From: Thermoplasmatales archaeon SW_10_69_26
GTDB lineage: Archaea; Thermoplasmatota; SW-10-69-26
Direction of reading: 5' to 3'
Assembly: GCA_003009755.1 (NCBI GenBank)
Contig: PXUB01000032.1
Coordinates: 81,672-145,671, forward strand
DNA length: 64,000 nucleotides
Part shown: one piece after another, positions 1 to 9,003 of the stretch
Position numbering within the stretch: the first letter of the stretch is position 1
Layout of the letters: each line of letters opens with the position of its first letter
The notes under the pieces: model-generated
What the model was told of the DNA's origin: nothing
The model's database searches: none
Seen by the model: only the letters and a program-made list of their open reading frames with translations
Translations under genes and position numbers: made by a program

Positions 1-374
1 CACGGTCTCGTCGGGGTCGAGCTCGGCGAAGGCCCGCTGGAGGGCCGCCTCGTCCCCGCCGCCGAGCGGGGCCGCCTCGACGCTGGCCGCGCCCGTGAGG
101 CAGGCGCCCTCGTCGGGGCTCACGCGAACGGCGACCCCGGCGCCGCCAAGCCGACCTGCTCGCTGGGGTCCTCGAGGAAGACGCGGATCCGGTCCAGGCC
201 TTCGAGGGCCTCGTCGGGGAGATGGAGGCCGGCCTCGACCGCCATCGTGAGCCCGTCCTCGTCCCATCCCGGGACGCGCAGCGCCTCGAACCCGCGGGCG
301 AGACCGGCTTGCCGGGCGCGCTTGCCCTCGATCCGGTGCACGGGCAGGTGGACACCGCCAGCGGTGATCGCCAC
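1..374 (-). pseudogene. HMG-CoA-synthase-like (thiolase-fold) gene with frame break or internal deletion; runs off the left edge
   Basis: N-terminus MAITAGGVHLPVHRI...DEDGLTMAVEA is HMGS-like. The ORF stops at 120, but another frame continues GAGVAVRVSPDEG...AFAELDPDETV to the window edge. Directly downstream of a thiolase. Confidence 0.55.
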
Positions 375-375
375 C

Positions 376-1539
376 TCAGGTCCCCCCTCGCTCGAGCACG
401 TGCACCGCGCACGTCGCCCCCGAGCCGCCGACGTTGTGCGTCAGCCCGGTCTCGGCGTCCGCGATCTGGCGGTCGCCGGCGCGAGAGAGCAACTGGTCGT
501 GGATCTCGGCCACCTGGGCGACGCCGGTCGCGCCCAGCGGGTGGCCTTTGCCCTTGAGGCCGCCGCTGGGGTTGACCACGCAGGCCCCGCCGCGATCGGT
601 GCGGCCCTCCGCCGTCGCGGGTCCGCCCTCGCCCTTGCCGGCCAGGCCCAGATCCTCGATCGCCAGGATCTCGGCGATCGTGAAGCAATCGTGCACCTCG
701 GCCAGGTCGACCTCCTCGATCGAGCGCCCCGCCTCCCTCAGGGCCTCCTCGCCGGCGGTCCGCGTGGCGGAGAGCTCGGTCAGGCTCGGCCGTTCGTGCA
801 GCGCCAGGTGGTCGCTGGCGGCGCCCGCTCCGGTGATCGTGGTGGCTTCGGCATCGATCTGGTCGGCCCTCGCGGCCGAGGTGAGCACGAGCGCGGCGGC
901 TCCATCCGTGGTGCCGCAGCAGTCGAACAGGCGCAGGGGGTCGGCCACGGTCGGCGAATCCATCACCCGCTCGAGGCCGACCTCCTTGCTGAACTGGGCG
1001 TTGGGGTTGTCGGCGGCGAAGCGGTGGTTCTTCACCGCGACCTGGGCCAGCTGCTCGCGCGTGGTGCCGTGTTCGTGGGCGTGGCGGGAGGCCATCAGGC
1101 CGTAGACGCCGGGGAACGTGGTGCCGGCCATGCGCTCCCAGGGCGTCTCGCCGGAGACGCCCAGCCAGTACCCGCTGCGGTGGCTGGGCTGGTCGTTCAT
1201 GCGCTCGAACCCGACGACGAGCGCCACCTCGCATCGACCCGCCTCGATCGCTTGCAGCGCCGAGCGGACCGCATAGCCGCCGCTTGCGCAGGCGTTCTCG
1301 ACCCGGTGGGCGGCTACGCCCTGCAGGCCCTCGATCCCGTTGACCAGAGCGGCCGGGTTGCCCAACTGGCCGCCGCCGAACGCCAGCGAGGCCCACCAGG
1401 CCTCGTCGACGTCCTCGGCCGCCAACCCTGCATCTCGCAACGCATCGTCGACGACGGACTCGACGCGAGGGAACGCATCGCCGCTGTACGCACCGAAGTT
1501 CGACATCCCGCAGCCGACCACGGCCACCTCGGGGCTCAT
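376..1539 (-). CDS. Archaeal/SCP2-type thiolase (acetyl-CoA acyltransferase)
   Basis: VENACASGG, EVHDCFT and GHPLGATG motifs. Confidence 0.93.
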   Translation of the reverse strand: MSPEVAVVGCGMSNFGAYSGDAFPRVESVVDDALRDAGLAAEDVDEAWWASLAFGGGQLGNPAALVNGIEGLQGVAAHRVENACASGGYAVRSALQAIEAGRCEVALVVGFERMNDQPSHRSGYWLGVSGETPWERMAGTTFPGVYGLMASRHAHEHGTTREQLAQVAVKNHRFAADNPNAQFSKEVGLERVMDSPTVADPLRLFDCCGTTDGAAALVLTSAARADQIDAEATTITGAGAASDHLALHERPSLTELSATRTAGEEALREAGRSIEEVDLAEVHDCFTIAEILAIEDLGLAGKGEGGPATAEGRTDRGGACVVNPSGGLKGKGHPLGATGVAQVAEIHDQLLSRAGDRQIADAETGLTHNVGGSGATCAVHVLERGGT

Positions 1540-1569
1540 CTCGGCCGACCATGCGGGACGGGGCCCTTA

Positions 1570-1994
1570 GACTGCCGGTCTTGTTTTGCTTACGCTCTCG
1601 CGCCGGCCTCCCGAGAGGACGAGCCCGGAAGCTCGTGCGAGGGAGCGTGGCAAAATCGCGGAGCCTGAGGAACGCAACCCTCGGGCGTGATCTCCGGGCA
1701 CGACAACGAGGGGGCCCGCCTTAGACCGGCGCACCAGAACATTTCCGGTCCCACGGTCTCCCCCTACAAGCGGTTGGCCAGGAGAAGTTCACCGGATCGA
1801 GGGGGAGCGGTCTCCGTGACCCCCCTCACGGCGAGGCCGCCCTCAGGCCGGTGACGACGCGAGGTCCCCACGTCCGCGGGTTGCAAGCGTTGTCGCCGTC
1901 GACCTCGAAAGGCCTGTGGGCCTTCCGTCGTCTCGGCTCCGCGCTTTCACCGCCTGAGGGCGGCGAGAGCCTAACCCAAGCATCGCCGGCAGTC
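1570..1994. mobile_element. Non-autonomous MITE-like element, copy 1 (IS630-type ends)
   Basis: Begins GACTGCCGG and ends CCGGCAGTC, flanked by TA at 1568-69 and 1995-96. About 32-bp imperfect TIRs. Internal blocks shared with 24928-25298 and 49897-50080. No credible ORF. Confidence 0.88.
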
Positions 1995-2022
1995 TAGCTT
2001 GACGGCCCGGCGGAAGACGCGA

Positions 2023-2709
2023 TCAGCGTCGGCGCAAGGCGACGGCGCCGGCCACGAGGGCAAGCGGAGCGACCCAGGGACCGAACGGGATGCCGTTGCC
2101 GTCCCCGCCGCCGTCCTCGCCACCGTCGGTGGTGCCGTTGCCGCCGCTGCTGCCCCCGGTCGTCTCGTCGCCATCCGTGGCACCGCCGTCGGTGGTGCCG
2201 GCGTCGCTGGAGGCGACCGTGACGGGCAGGCTCGTCGTTCCCTCGGCGGAGGGGAACTCGCCGTTGCAGCTTCCCTCGGGCGGGCCGTAGTTGCCGCCGG
2301 GGAAGGTGCCCGTGACCGTGACCTCGCGGTCGCCGCCGGAAGCGGTGTTGGCGGCCTGCACGGTGACGGTGGTCTCCTGGGAGTTGTTGTAGCCGCCGGC
2401 CGCCGTCCCCGAGTTGTGGATCCCTTGCGTGTCCGAGAACACGAGCTCGGAGGGATCGGCCAGACCGGTGACGCCGTTCGGGTTGGAGACGCTCACGTTG
2501 ACCGGGAGCTCCTCGTTCTCGGCGCAACTGAAGTTGTCACCCGTCAACCGGACCAGCACCGTGACGTCCTTGGACTCGCCCGGCGACAGCTCGCCGGCTT
2601 CGTCTTGCGGTTCGAGCTCCACCGAGAAAGAGGGCTGCTGAGCAGCCGCCAGGCCAGCGATGGCAAGCAGCGCGGCGACCGTCAAAGCCCCGATCGTTCG
2701 TGAACCCAC
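2023..2709 (-). CDS. Secreted/cell-surface protein with C-terminal membrane anchor
   Basis: Signal peptide, beta-rich domain, G/T/D-rich linker, then IPFG-hydrophobic helix-RRR tail. GTG start inferred. Confidence 0.75.
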   Translation of the reverse strand: MGSRTIGALTVAALLAIAGLAAAQQPSFSVELEPQDEAGELSPGESKDVTVLVRLTGDNFSCAENEELPVNVSVSNPNGVTGLADPSELVFSDTQGIHNSGTAAGGYNNSQETTVTVQAANTASGGDREVTVTGTFPGGNYGPPEGSCNGEFPSAEGTTSLPVTVASSDAGTTDGGATDGDETTGGSSGGNGTTDGGEDGGGDGNGIPFGPWVAPLALVAGAVALRRR

Positions 2710-2950
2710 GGAGTCACACCCACGCTGGTGGACGAGGTTCCGGCCCTTGACGATTGTGGATTCGGCCTCGAACACTCTCACCCACGGGTGTGGTCTGGGC
2801 CCCGGCCGACGTCCGGCCCCTCATCCCCCGCAAGGTCGCCAACCACGACCGTGACGTTGCTCTCTGCGATCGCTCGCGGCCTCGTCCGCCAGCGCCGGGT
2901 CAGGCAGCTGCTCGAGGCCCAGGACGATCCCGGCGACCTCGAACGCGGCT

Positions 2951-3319
2951 TCACGCCGGCTGGGACCGCTCGAGCTGGATCTGAGCAGCCCCCATCGTCC
3001 CGCTGATCGGTGGGTTGGGCTTGCGGACGCGGACGACGCACCGCCGCCAGTGCAGGCCCTCGAGCGCGTCGAGGATCTCCTCGGCCAGTCCCTCCAACAG
3101 CGGGTGCTCGTCCTCCGAGATGACGCGGTCGATGCGATCGTGGACCTCGCGGTAGTCGATCGTGCGATCCAACGAGTGAACCGAGCCCTCACCCATGGGG
3201 ATCTCCAAGTCCACGTCCACCTCGACGTGCGTGCCGACGGTGCGTTCCTCCTCGGTGTGGCCGATGCGGCCGAAGAAGCGCATCTCGTCGAGGCTCATCA
3301 GCGCGACGTCGTCGCTCAT
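2951..3319 (-). CDS. folB: Dihydroneopterin aldolase
   Basis: FFGRIGHTEEER, TIDY, LLEGLAEEI and VRVRKP motifs; overlaps the folP stop. Confidence 0.9.
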   Translation of the reverse strand: MSDDVALMSLDEMRFFGRIGHTEEERTVGTHVEVDVDLEIPMGEGSVHSLDRTIDYREVHDRIDRVISEDEHPLLEGLAEEILDALEGLHWRRCVVRVRKPNPPISGTMGAAQIQLERSQPA

Positions 3320-4143
3320 CGTGGATCCAACGCCTCCGCCGTCCGCACCGCGTCCAGGGTCTCGGGTACATCGTGCACCCGAACGATGGCGGCCCCGTCG
3401 CGGGCCGCCAACGTCGCCACGGCCAGCGAGCCGGGCAACCGCTCGTCCACCTCGCGGTCCAGCAGGTCGGCGAACATCGACTTGCGGGACACGCCGACGA
3501 GGAGGGGGTAACCGAGACCGGCCAGCGAGGAGGTGGCGCGCAACAGCTCGAGGTTGTGCGCGAGCCGCTTGCCGAACCCGATCCCTGGATCGAGCGTGAT
3601 CGCATCCCGCTCGATGCCGGCCGCTCGCGCGGCCTCGGCTCGCTCCAGCAGGAACGCGGCGACCTCGGCGCGCACGTTCTCGTAGGAGGGATCGGCCTGC
3701 ATGACGTCGGGCGTGCCCTGCCGATGCATGAGCACGATGTCGGCCCCGTGGTCGGCGACCACGTCGAACATGCGCTCGTCGTCGCGCCCGGCGCTGACGT
3801 CGTTCACGATCGCCGCCCCGGCCTCCAGGGCGCGATCGGCCACCGCGGCCCGGCGGGTGTCGACGCTGATCGGCACGTCGACCACGTCGTCGATCGCCTC
3901 GACGGCGGGCACGACGCGCTCGAGCTCGTCCCTCTCGGGAACCGGATCGGCGCCCGGTCGGGTGCTTTCGCCGCCGACGTCGAGCACGTCGGCGCCCTGC
4001 TCGGCCATCCGGCGGGCCCGCCGGACGGCGTCCTCGGCCTCGGGGGCGCGGCTGTCGGCGTAGAAGCTGTCGGGGGTGACGTTCACGACGCCCATGACGA
4101 GCGGGCGCCCGGCCTGCGCGAACCGGTCGCGGATCGGGCCCAT
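3316..4143 (-). CDS. folP: Dihydropteroate synthase
   Basis: MGVVNVTPDSF, DVGGESTRPG, DPGIGFGK, SRKS and RVHDV motifs. Confidence 0.96.
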   Translation of the reverse strand: MGPIRDRFAQAGRPLVMGVVNVTPDSFYADSRAPEAEDAVRRARRMAEQGADVLDVGGESTRPGADPVPERDELERVVPAVEAIDDVVDVPISVDTRRAAVADRALEAGAAIVNDVSAGRDDERMFDVVADHGADIVLMHRQGTPDVMQADPSYENVRAEVAAFLLERAEAARAAGIERDAITLDPGIGFGKRLAHNLELLRATSSLAGLGYPLLVGVSRKSMFADLLDREVDERLPGSLAVATLAARDGAAIVRVHDVPETLDAVRTAEALDPR

Positions 4144-4144
4144 C

Positions 4145-5434
4145 TCAGCCGACCAGGTCCGGCGCGATGTCGAGCACGCGGCCGGCGAGATAGAAGGAAC
4201 CGAACACGACCACGGCGTCCTCCGGGTTGGCGGTGCCGAGCATCGTCTTCAGCGCCGTGTGGATGTTGTGGACGGTGCGAACCCGCGAGCAGTGGCGCTC
4301 GGCCTCGCCGGCCAGCGCCTTCGCGTTCAGGCCGCGGTCGCCGCTTCCGGGCGGCTTGGTGACGAACACCTCGCGGCTCTCCGGCGCCATGATCTCCATC
4401 ATGGAGCCGTAGTCCTTGTCGCGAAGCGCGCCGAACATGATGAAGTAGCGCTCGAACTCCCTCTCCTGCAGGAAGGACCGCAGCGTCTTCACCGCGTCCG
4501 GGTTGTGGGCACCGTCGATGATGAACGCCGGCTCCTTCTGCGCGACGTCCATGCGGCCCGGCAGATCGGTGGCTTCGATCCCGGCGGGCACGCCGGCGTC
4601 CTCGGCCTCGAGATCCGTCTCCTCCCGCAGCAGCTGGAAGGTGTGCGCGGCGAGGGCGGCGTTCTCGGCCATGTGCTCGCCCGGCATCGAGGAATGCAGT
4701 TCCCCCCAGGGCGAGTCGGGGATGGTGAACCGGACGCCGTCGAGGTCGTTGGCCTGGATCTGCGGGGAGCCCAGCGAGCGAAGCACCTTCAGCGGCGCGC
4801 GTCGCTTCGCGGCCTCGCTCCACACGGACTTGAGTGCGAGCCCGTCGGCGCCGGTGACGACCGGCACACCTTTGCGCAGGATGCCGGCCTTCTCGCGGGC
4901 GATCTGCTCGTCGCTGGAGCCCAGGTGCTCGGCGTGCTCGATCCCGACGTTCGTGATGACGGTCGCCTCGGGGTCCCGGAGAACGTTCGTGGCGTCCTTC
5001 CTGCCGCCGAGCCCGACCTCGATCACGGCGTAGTCCACGTCGGCCTCGGCGAAGTGCACCAGCGCCATGGCCGTCAGGGTCTCGAAGAACGTCGGCTCGA
5101 GGCCGGCGTCCTCGGCCTGATCCATGACGCGCTGGGCGACGTCGGCGAACGTGTCCTCGTCGACGTTCTCCTCGTCGACGCGGATCCGTTCGGTGACGGT
5201 GTGGACGTGCGGGCTGGCGTACGTGCCGACGCGCTGCCCGGCCGAGACGAGCATGTTCGAGAGGAACGCGCACACCGACCCCTTGCCGTTGGTGCCGGCC
5301 ACGTGCACCGACTCGAACTGGTCCTGGGGGTTGCCCAGCGCGTCCAGCAGGTTCTCGATCGTGTCGAGCTCGAGGTTGATCTCTCGCTCGCGCAGGGCCT
5401 CCAGCCGTTCCATCGTGGACTCTGCCTCAGCCAT
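4145..5434 (-). CDS. folC: Folylpolyglutamate/dihydrofolate synthase
   Basis: HVAGTNGKGS, EVGLGGRKDATN and DGAHNP motifs. Start set at MAEAES, overlapping the purN end. Confidence 0.94.
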   Translation of the reverse strand: MAEAESTMERLEALREREINLELDTIENLLDALGNPQDQFESVHVAGTNGKGSVCAFLSNMLVSAGQRVGTYASPHVHTVTERIRVDEENVDEDTFADVAQRVMDQAEDAGLEPTFFETLTAMALVHFAEADVDYAVIEVGLGGRKDATNVLRDPEATVITNVGIEHAEHLGSSDEQIAREKAGILRKGVPVVTGADGLALKSVWSEAAKRRAPLKVLRSLGSPQIQANDLDGVRFTIPDSPWGELHSSMPGEHMAENAALAAHTFQLLREETDLEAEDAGVPAGIEATDLPGRMDVAQKEPAFIIDGAHNPDAVKTLRSFLQEREFERYFIMFGALRDKDYGSMMEIMAPESREVFVTKPPGSGDRGLNAKALAGEAERHCSRVRTVHNIHTALKTMLGTANPEDAVVVFGSFYLAGRVLDIAPDLVG

Positions 5435-6080
5435 CGTCAGCCACCTCCGGTACGATCCTCCCCTCGATGTCGACGTCTCCCTTGATGTGCACCCGTCCGT
5501 CCTCGATCGACAGCCGCCCCTCGGCGAACAGGCGGACGCTGGCGGGCAGGATCTCGTGCTCGGTCGCGAGGATCCGCTGGCTGAGCTGCTCCCGATCGTC
5601 GTCGGGGCGTACCGGGACCGCCGACTGGAGGATGATCGGGCCCGCGTCCACCTCTTCGGTGACGAAATGCGTCGTCGCACCAGCGACGCGGACGCCGGCG
5701 TCGAGGGCCTGGTGTTGGGCGTCCGTGCCGCGGAAGGAAGGCAAAAGCGCCGGGTGGATGTTGATCACGCGTTGCGGGAACGCAGAGAGGAACGTGGACG
5801 TGAGAATCCGCATGAAGCCGGCCAAGACCACGAGGTCGACATCGCGGTCCTCGAGCGCGTCGGCCAGCTCGGCGTCGTAGGCCTCGCGGTCCCTGCCGTC
5901 GGGGTCGAGGACCATCGTTTCCACGTCGAAGTGTCGCGCTCGCTCGAGCGCTCGAGCGTCGTCCTGATCGGAGACGACCACCTCGATGGACGCCGGCCCC
6001 AACCGGTCCCCCTGCTCGGCTTCGAGCAGGGCTCGGAGGTTGGTTCCGCGTCCGGAGGCGAGCACGGCGACGGAGAGCAT
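5427..6080 (-). CDS. purN: Phosphoribosylglycinamide formyltransferase
   Basis: LASGRGTNL, LAGFMRIL, NIHPALLPSF and DAGPII motifs. Confidence 0.96.
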   Translation of the reverse strand: MLSVAVLASGRGTNLRALLEAEQGDRLGPASIEVVVSDQDDARALERARHFDVETMVLDPDGRDREAYDAELADALEDRDVDLVVLAGFMRILTSTFLSAFPQRVINIHPALLPSFRGTDAQHQALDAGVRVAGATTHFVTEEVDAGPIILQSAVPVRPDDDREQLSQRILATEHEILPASVRLFAEGRLSIEDGRVHIKGDVDIEGRIVPEVADDG

Positions 6081-6247
6081 CGTGGATAGACCTTCCTCAG
6101 TACGTGCCTTAGGCTTGGCGGGTGGTTATACATTTCCCTCCGAGGGCGCGCAGGCGACCGCTATCCGTGGTAGGACGTGCCTAGGGACGTTCTCGGCGAC
6201 CGGGAGCCTGGCATGGGTCTCCGGGGCGAGCGCGTTCGCGGTTCCTG

Positions 6248-7876
6248 GTGCAAGGGTTATACGGAACCGTCGGGCTCCCAGGCCGCGTGGGTCACGACCA
6301 GGTCGACCTCGACACGTTCCTGGAGGAGGGCATCCCCGAGCCCGCGGACCCGGGCGCGACCGGTGAGCCTTCCTACGTCAGCCACCCGATGGTGGAGCCC
6401 GAGACGCTCGAGGAGCGCCCCTACCAGACCGAGCTGGCCGAGCAGGCCCACGGCCGTCGAACGCTGGTCGTGCTCCCGACCGGGCTCGGCAAGACGATGG
6501 TGGCGGCGTTGCTGGCCGCCGAGGTCCTGCAGAACCGCGAGGGCAAGGTCGTGTTCCTCGCCCCGACCCGGCCGCTGGTCCAACAGCACGAGGAGACCTT
6601 CGAGGAGCTGTTGCGCGCCCGGGACCAGGTCGCGCTCAGCGGCTCGGTCCCCGCCCAGCGTCGGGCCGAGCTCTTCGCGGAGAACCGGGTCATCTTCTCC
6701 ACGCCCCAGGGCCTGCGCAACGATCTCGAGGCTGGGCTCGTCGACATCGACGACGTCGGCCTGCTGGTCTTCGACGAGGCCCACCGCGCCGTCGGCGACT
6801 ACGCCTACGTCGACATCGGGCAACGCTACCGCTACGCCTGTCCCGAGGGCACCGTCCTCGGTCTCACCGCCTCCCCCGGCGGCGACGAGGAGCGCATCCA
6901 GGAGGTCGTCGACAACCTCGGCATCCACGAGATCCTCAGTCGCGACGCCGAGGACCCCAGCGTCAAGCCCTACGTCAAGGAGACGAAGGTCCGCTGGGTC
7001 AAGCTGCAGCTCACGCCTGTGATGGAGGCCGTGCAAGCCCGGCTGCAGAACGTCGTCGACGAGCGTGCCAAGCCCCTGAAAGAGGCCCGCTACCTCGAGC
7101 CCAAGCCCTACGTCTCCCGGACCGACGCGATCGAGGCCGGCAAGAAGATCCGGGCCGAGCTCGACGACGCCGAGAACAAGGGGCCGCTGTTCGGCATGTT
7201 GTTAAACCAGGGCGTCGTCATGCAGGCCCTGCACTGCCTCGAGCTCGTCGAGACGCAGGGTGTCGAGCCGTTGCAGACGTACCTCGCCCGCCTCATGCAG
7301 GACGAGGATCCCTCCCGCAGCGCGGAGGCCTTCGCCAAGGACCCCCAGGTCACGGACGTCTGGGCCCGCATCCAGGACTGGCCCCACCCCAGCCATCCCA
7401 AGATCGAGGCCTTGATCGAGACGTTGACCCGCGAGCTGGCCGACAACCCCGATGGCCTCGTCATCGTGTTCGCCCAGTACCGGGACACGATCAACTCGAT
7501 CCTCGAAGCCCTCGAGGACGAGGGCATCGACGCCGAGAAGTTCGTCGGCCAGTCCGACCGCGACGGCGACGAGGGCATGAGTCAGGACGAGCAAAAGGAG
7601 GTGCTCGACCGCATGCGCGCCGGCGAGTTCCGCGTGCTCGTCGCCTCCAGCGTCGCCGAGGAGGGGCTGGACATCCCCAGCGTGGACCTCGTCGTGTTCT
7701 ACGAGCCCGTGCCCAGCGAGATCCGGCTCATCCAGCGCCGCGGCCGCACCGGCCGCCAAAGCGTGGGCCGCATGGTCGTCCTCATCACCGAGGACACCCG
7801 CGACGAAGCCTTCATGCACGCCGCCATGAGCCGGGAGAAGAAGATGCGCCGCCTGGTCAAGGATCTGGGCGACTAG
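6248..7876 (+). CDS. Hef/FANCM-like SF2 DEAH helicase with no ERCC4 nuclease domain
   Basis: LPTGLGKT, DEAH, LTASPG, EEGLDIP and IQRRGRTGR motifs. Start uncertain. Confidence 0.9.
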   Translation: MQGLYGTVGLPGRVGHDQVDLDTFLEEGIPEPADPGATGEPSYVSHPMVEPETLEERPYQTELAEQAHGRRTLVVLPTGLGKTMVAALLAAEVLQNREGKVVFLAPTRPLVQQHEETFEELLRARDQVALSGSVPAQRRAELFAENRVIFSTPQGLRNDLEAGLVDIDDVGLLVFDEAHRAVGDYAYVDIGQRYRYACPEGTVLGLTASPGGDEERIQEVVDNLGIHEILSRDAEDPSVKPYVKETKVRWVKLQLTPVMEAVQARLQNVVDERAKPLKEARYLEPKPYVSRTDAIEAGKKIRAELDDAENKGPLFGMLLNQGVVMQALHCLELVETQGVEPLQTYLARLMQDEDPSRSAEAFAKDPQVTDVWARIQDWPHPSHPKIEALIETLTRELADNPDGLVIVFAQYRDTINSILEALEDEGIDAEKFVGQSDRDGDEGMSQDEQKEVLDRMRAGEFRVLVASSVAEEGLDIPSVDLVVFYEPVPSEIRLIQRRGRTGRQSVGRMVVLITEDTRDEAFMHAAMSREKKMRRLVKDLGD

Positions 7877-9003
7877 ACTGCCGGACAGAATGTGCGTAAC
7901 TTATCGTGGCGTCCGATACTAACTCAAATAGGGGTGGGATGCCCTGTCAGCCTTGACGCTGACCCCGACCAAAAGGAACAACGACGCCTCGCCGCAGGCC
8001 AAGATCTACTGGACGGCAAACGCCAAGCCGACATCGCCGAAGGCTACGGCGCCACCCGCACCACCGCCCACCGCTGGGCGCACACCGTCGGAACCGAAGG
8101 CCTCGACGGCCTGAAAAGCACACGCACCAACGCCGGACGACCCCCGAAACTCGACGCCGAGAACAAACAACGCCTCGCCGAACTTCTCCAACGAGGCGCC
8201 CAAGCCCACGGCTGGGACACCGATCTGTGGACCCGCAAACGTGTGGCCCAGCTGATCGACCGGGCGTTCGACGTCGACTACTCTCCCCGACACTGCTCGC
8301 GGATTCTGCACGAGATCGGGTTCCGCCCGGTCAAACCCAAGCGCGTGGCCAACGAAAAGGACGAGGCCGAAAAACAGCGCTGGCTGGCCGAGGAGGCTGG
8401 AGAGCTGAAAAAAACCTAGCCGACGGTGCAACCGTCCTGTTCCCGGACGAGAGCACCTACCGCTTCACCCCCGTCCGCCAGCGCGGCTGGGCGCCCTACG
8501 GACAGCGACCGACCGTCGAGCACACCTACGGGGACTGGTGGACGGTGAGCGCGATCAGCGCCTTGGCGATCTGGATCGAGCCCGATGGCTCGTTAGGCAC
8601 GAAGGTCTTCTTCCGGTTGTACCCGAAGGAGAGCGTGAACAGTCGACACCTCCGGGATTTCCTGCACCAGGTTCGCTACCAGCGCGAGGGCGAGATCAGC
8701 GTGGTGTGGGATCGCGCCAGCCATCACCGCGCCCGGCGGGTGCAGCGGTTCTTCGCTTCCTACGAGCGGTTCAGCTCGGTGTTGTTGCCGGCATATTGTC
8801 CAGAGTTGAACTCGGACGAGGGGGTGTGGAATTGGTCGAAGACCAAGGATCTGGCCAACGCCTGTCCGAAGGATGTGGATGCCCTGGTGTCGGGGGTTCG
8901 AGGGCCCTTGCGTCGGCTCCAGCATCGACCGAGTGCGCAGTGGTGGTGTGTGCACGACTCCGAGTTCCCGATCGAAGAGTTACTCACATAATGACCGGCA
9001 GTC
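7876..9003 (+). mobile_element. IS630-family insertion sequence
   Basis: 26-bp imperfect TIRs GACTGCCGGACAGAATGTGCGTAACT / GACTGCCGGTCATTATGTGAGTAACT (22/26 match). TA duplication at 7874-75 and 9004-05. HTH orfA plus DDE orfB. Confidence 0.95.
7892..8991 (+). CDS. IS630 transposase, orfA (7892-8419) and orfB joined by a probable -1 frameshift
   Basis: orfA has HTH motifs (GRPPKL, WT...IDRAFDVDYS). A7C run at 8408-8415. orfB has PDES, WDRASHH and PELNSDE catalytic-like motifs. Confidence 0.88.

Noticed and set aside
8408-8419. IS630 as an inactivated pseudogene
   Set aside because: The break lies at an A7C run at the usual orfA/orfB junction, consistent with programmed frameshifting.
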